A program made the translations under genes and the position numbers. The notes beneath the pieces are model-generated. The model made no database searches. It saw nothing but the letters and a program-made list of their open reading frames with translations, and was not told the DNA's origin. Positions 59,341 through 64,000 of a stretch of 64,000 nt of DNA are shown piece after piece. The stretch is taken from contig NC_083412.1 in the NCBI RefSeq assembly GCF_020745735.1, positions 66,554,320 to 66,618,319 on the forward strand. The letters are read 5' to 3'. This stretch comes from Hemiscyllium ocellatum. Its lineage: Eukaryota. Each line of letters starts with the position of its first letter. Positions within the stretch are counted from its first letter, which is position 1.

Positions 59341-60239
59341 GGACATGAGAGATGTTGTGTGTGCAAGGTAGGCAATTAATTAGGAGGGTTTAGTAAAATA
59401 CAGCAAATAAACTCATTAGATTTTACAGCAAGAAACGCTGCAGAAAATAGAATGGCAAATGAACATAACCAAGAAAAAAAACCCATAAAATTCAGCTCAT
59501 AGATACATTTTATGGGAGACTACATAACTACATCAAGGAGAAGGATTTGTGGATAATGTTAAGTAATGAAAGCTAAAAAGACACTTGAGAGGAATATAAA
59601 TGCTGATTGTCTCAAGTAACCTCAATTTATGCATATGTTCTATTCTATGAACTTCTATGATCAATAACTGTTCACAACTTTGCATATCTGTTAACATTTG
59701 ATTAAGATGAACCAGATGAGTCATCTCTTGGTTTATGTAGGTGATGTCCTCTTTGTAGCTTATTAGAGAGAGGTAGTTTTGACTTAACCCTGTTATTTCT
59801 GCAGCACATTTACCTTTGATTTTTGTCTTGCACAACATACATTCAGCACAGAAATTTTATTCAGTTCTTGTAGGACAAAGAGACAGTTTTTGTCTTACAA
59901 AGATTGCACCAAGAGTAAATAGGTGGAAGTAGTGGTAAATTGAGACTTAGTAAAGTGACATGAATTTGAGATGATCTCTAGGGGAATCAATTTTGGCAGA
60001 GATGTCCAACTCGAAGACAGTGGCCACATACAGTCCATGAAAACTTGCAATTTGCTGCTTAAAGTACAATGCAGAAGCTCCAGTACCCTTTTGTTCAATT
60101 AGGGCATCTGTCCCACTTCTCTGGGCCTGCTACCACCTCCATTTCTCATCTTTTGGATGTAGCAATAGCATAGAGCAAAGCAAAGCAATCCAATTAAATA
60201 GGCTATCCCAGTGAGCAGGAAGGAGCAGATAGCAGCAAA

Positions 60240-60358
60240 TAAAAACTGAAAGAACCGTGGATACTGTAAATCAGAAACAAAAACAGCAGGTCTGGCAACG
60301 TCTGTGGGGATAAATCAGAATTAACGTTTTGGGTCTGGTGACACTTCCTCAGAACTCA
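60240..60358 (-). mobile_element. PLE terminal fragment, hammerhead family D (decayed)
   Basis: GAGTT-CTGAGGA-A-GTGTCACCAGACCC-AAAA-CGTT-AATTC. Confidence 0.6.
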
Positions 60359-60615
60359 GATAGCAGCCGTTCCAGTAGGGGAAGGGCTACTACAGTCAGG
60401 TAGGAAAGCAGCAGCGGACAGCACTTCCCCAACAGTCACATTCGCAATTCAATTTGGTCAAAACTGTGGATGGCAATAAACTTTTTCAGGTAATAATTGT
60501 CCAGAGCTTAATGTAATTCCACATGATATAGACGTACATGGGATTCAATGACATGTATAGAATTATCAAGAGGAACGGATGACAGTGGATTGATAGCTCC
60601 TCAATTTCTATAATT

Positions 60616-60829
60616 TTGAGACTCCACAAATATAACAGTTAGGAGGAGAGACAGAGCACAGACCTAAGTCTCCAATTGAGCTGTAATGTTTTAAATCAAC
60701 ATATTTTGTTTTACAAAACTGGAAGGTTTTGCCACTTTTAATTTGATGGTTTAAAGCATTGCAGCTCAATTGGAGACTTAGGTCTGTGCTCTGTCTCTCC
60801 TCCTCACTGTTATATTTGTGGAGTCTCAA
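60616..60829. repeat. Long inverted repeat (~80-bp arms, ~50-nt spacer)
   Basis: TTGAGACTCCACAAATATAACAGT...GCTGTAATGTTTTAAA versus its reverse complement ending GTGGAGTCTCAA; 3 mismatches in the first ~78 bp. Confidence 0.95.
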
Positions 60830-60851
60830 TGCTATAGTCTATTAGTGAAGT

Positions 60852-60857
60852 TTTATT
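60852..60857 (-). promoter_or_regulatory. Candidate polyadenylation signal of the ITIM-bearing gene
   Basis: AATAAA on the minus strand about 140 nt after the stop at 60995. Confidence 0.5.
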
Positions 60858-60994
60858 AGGTGACATCACCTTTAGGAATTTCTAGAACTGCACAAAATGG
60901 TTGAATAGCTTTGTTAACACTCCTACAAGAAACCTATAGGAACCTCGAAACCTGTTGACTAATGTCATAGACAACCTTTTAAAACATTGTCAGT

Positions 60995-61119
60995 TCATAT
61001 ATCACAAGGGTATTGGCCAAGTAGTGAATAAACAACATTATCATCGTTGGGTGGCTGCTCTCTTGCATGTGGTTCACTTTCAGGCATGTCTGCTTTCTTT
61101 GACGATGAAGCATTTTTTT
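60995..61119 (-). CDS. Terminal coding exon of an upstream ITIM-bearing receptor-like gene
   Basis: Strong acceptor TTTCCTGTTTGTTTTACTGCAG|; phase-1 frame xKNASSSKKADMPESEPHAREQPPNDDN-VVYSLL-GQYPCDI*; followed by AATAAA. Confidence 0.65.
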
Positions 61120-61469
61120 CTGCAGTAAAACAAACAGGAAATCTTTTAGAGAAGTTTAATAATTAAAACAAATCGAAGATTGCAACAGGAAAATAAAGTC
61201 AACTGCTGTATGTCAAGCTTGCTTCAAAACAGAAGGAGGTCAAATTTAATATGTCGATGGTATTGTTTACTGAATAGCAAACATAGAAGAAGAAATATGC
61301 AGTTTCAGATATGCTGTAAACACACAATAAATAACTGCTTTTCAAACATAACTTCACACCAACCTTTTACCCTTTGAGCACTAATGAGAAAGTGGAAAAA
61401 GGATTCCCAGGCTCATTGTCAACTAGTTGAATCAGATCATAAAAGCTCCTTTCATGGCCAAGTCCTTGC

Positions 61470-63230
61470 ATGAGACTGATGGAGAAGGCCATTCGACCCT
61501 ACAAGCCTGCTCCACTATTCAATATGATTGTGGGTGATCATTGAGAGCAATACCCTAATCCTTCCTTTCCCTATATCCCTTGATCCCTTTAACCATAAGA
61601 GCTATAGTTACCTCCTTCTTGAAATCACAATGTTTTGGCCTCAACCAGTTTCCATGGTAGTGAATTCCACAGGCTCACCACTCTCTAGGTGAAGAAATGT
61701 TTCTACCTTCTCCCACTTTCAGACACTACCACTACACCATAAGATCTCACAATTAAAGAAAACGTTCTGCTAGGAGGCAACTGATGGCAACTAGATAATT
61801 CTGTGTTTTAATGATAATGGTCGAGGGATAGATGTTAGTCAAACCTCTAAAAGAAGCCCCGAGCTTTTCTTTACAAAAAGTATAAAGATTTTGAATAATT
61901 TATGAAGTTGTTCATTTAGAGAAGGATCCCTGATGGTCCTCTAAGCAGACTGCCTTTTGGGAAAAGGCCAGACCAGCAAGGCCTGTGTCTTTGGGAGACA
62001 ACTGAATTGATACAGATGAGATCCTGAGAGGACTTGACCAAGTGGATGTTGAAAGCATGTCTCCTCTTATAGAGCCATAGTGATGGAGTCAAAAAGCATG
62101 GAAACAGACTCTTCAATCCAACCGGTCCATGCCGATCATAATCCCAACCTAAACTATTCCCACCTGCCTGCACTTGGCCCATATCCCTCCAAACCTTTCT
62201 TATTCATGAAGTTATCTAAATGTCTTTTAAACATTGTAACTGTACCCATATCCACCACTTCTTCTGGAAGTTCATTCCACACATAAACCACTCTCTGTGG
62301 TAAAGGAAAGTGTCCCTTGTGTCTTTTTTAAATCTTTCTTCTCTCACCTTAAAATATGTCCCTAATCTTGAAATCCCCCACCCTTAGGAAAAGACACCTG
62401 CCATTCACCTTATCTACATCCTGCATGATCCTATAAAGCTCCATCAGGTCACCTCTATGCTCCGATGAAAAAGTCGCAACCTATCCAGCTACTCCTTATA
62501 ACTCAAACTCTCCCTGTCTGACAGATTTCTGGTAAATCTTTTCTGACCCCACTTCAGCTTAACAATATCCTTCCTAAAAAATGGTGACCAGAACTAGACA
62601 CAGTATTCCAAAACAACCATCACTAATGACTTGTACAACCTAAACATGACATCCTAACTCCTATTATCAAAGGTCTGAGCAATGAAGGCAAGTATGCTAA
62701 ATGTTTTCTTAACCACCCTGTATAGGTGTAATATGAATTTCAGAGTTATGCACTGAACCTCTAGGTCTCTCTGTTCTATAACACTACTCAAGCTCTATTT
62801 TGAATTGTCTAATTCCTGCCCATGTTTGTTTTACCAAAATGCAATACCTCATGTTTCTCCAAATTAAACTCCATTTGCTACTCCTCAGTCCATTGACCCA
62901 ACTGAGCACATGTGGGAGAATCTTAGAAATAGGGTCATAGTTTTAAAATGATGGAGTGCTCGTTTAAAACAGAAATGGGGACATTTATTTTTCTCTCAGA
63001 TAGTTGTGAGTCTTTGGAATTCTCTTCCTAAAAAAGTAATGGATGCAAAATCTTTAAACACTTTAAAGGCAGAAATTGATAGACTTTTGATTAACAAGCG
63101 GGGGGAAAGATTATCAGGGATACCCAAGAATGTAGGGTTGAGGTTAAATTCAGATCAGTCACAATCTTATTAAATGGTGGAGAAGCCTCAAAGGGGTGAG
63201 TGACCTATTCGTGTTCCTTGTTCATGTATA
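61470..63230. mobile_element. Nested CR1 fragments
   Basis: Minus tail 61470-61720; plus CR1 61920-62068 resumes at about 62908 after an inserted minus-strand HER1-like copy (62070-62905). Confidence 0.8.
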
Positions 63231-64000
63231 ACTGCTGCCTCACCCACCTCAAAATGCATTGATTTAAACATGTCTGAAGCATAAAGCTGGGCCTTTTGGA
63301 TAGTAGGAATAATTAATACCCTTTGAAGTGGCTGAGTAAATCATTCAAATGTCTTTAATATTGAAACAATGCTCTAAAATGTAACAATGCTCCAAGATGT
63401 TTGCCAGAAATGTAAAAAGAAAGAATCCTTGTTCAAACGAAATGGTATTGGAAGGGGCCATTAAATTTCATTCAAGGAATTGAGTAATAAAGAGGGCTTT
63501 AAAGGAGGACTTGTAAATTGGAGAGCTTTAATCAAAGAAATTATAAACATTGGGGTTTAGCAGCAGAAGATAAAACTTTCAATTGTAAGAAAATGAAGGG
63601 AAAATGAAGAGGCTAGGATCAGAGGAAAGGTGAGATCAGTGATTGAAGAAGTTGGATTGAAGAAGGGACAGAGATAGGAAAGGGCAATGTCATACGGGAT
63701 TTAAAGACAAGAGATTCTGTGGCTATGATCGGACAAATAAGAATAGAACTAAATGAGGATAGTCATACTTTACAGGACCAAAATATAGCAGTTGTTGGAA
63801 ATGAGAAATGAAAACAGGAAATGCTGGACACATTCAGGAGGTTTCAGCAGTCTCTATACTGATAGAAACAGATTTAATGGACTGAATTTGGTACAAGTAG
63901 CAGAGGTCCCAGCAAGTGCCACAGGAATTGAGATCAAAAACAGAAGGTAACCCTACAGCTGAACCTAGACGAGCAGATTACCAGCAACAACACGTCATTC

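Noticed and set aside
59533-60098. Minus ORFs of 101 and 67 aa, and a plus-strand DVQLEDSG Ig-like motif
   Set aside because: No convincing splice sites or domain; the Ig-like motif lacks the following YxC and upstream Cys/Trp, so chance cannot be excluded
61120-64000. Further exons of the ITIM gene
   Set aside because: Weak candidate splice sites near 61300-61390 give stops or incompatible phase; the remainder is CR1 sequence

Overview
Eukaryotic, repeat-rich genomic DNA, almost certainly from an elasmobranch (HE1/V-SINEs with HER1-type CR1 tails; species not determinable). Host genes, both on the minus strand: (i) a spliced B7-family gene with signal peptide-IgV-IgC-IgV-TM architecture (HHLA2/B7-H7-like), five coding exons at 34859-10826, all joined by phase-1 GT-AG introns, 374 aa; (ii) the terminal coding exon of an upstream receptor-like gene with an ITIM (VVYSLL) at 61119-60995. 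The rest is mostly mobile DNA: a decayed HERV-I/IP-like class I ERV (1586-8636; 5' LTR, tRNA-Pro PBS, gag-TAG-pseudoknot-pro-pol, env cut off by a deletion), many CR1, CR1/L2-type and Rex1 LINE pieces, two SINE families, Harbinger remnants and putative solo LTRs. There is also a dense set of Penelope-like-element (PLE) derivatives. These are fold-back mini-elements, several with exact 12-14 bp target-site duplications, a fixed ~33-nt asymmetric tail and minimal hammerhead ribozyme cores from four sequence families; some cores are intact and sit on the host pre-mRNA strand. No rRNA, tRNA gene or CRISPR array. Repeat boundaries without a TSD are approximate. All family assignments are by eye, without database searches.
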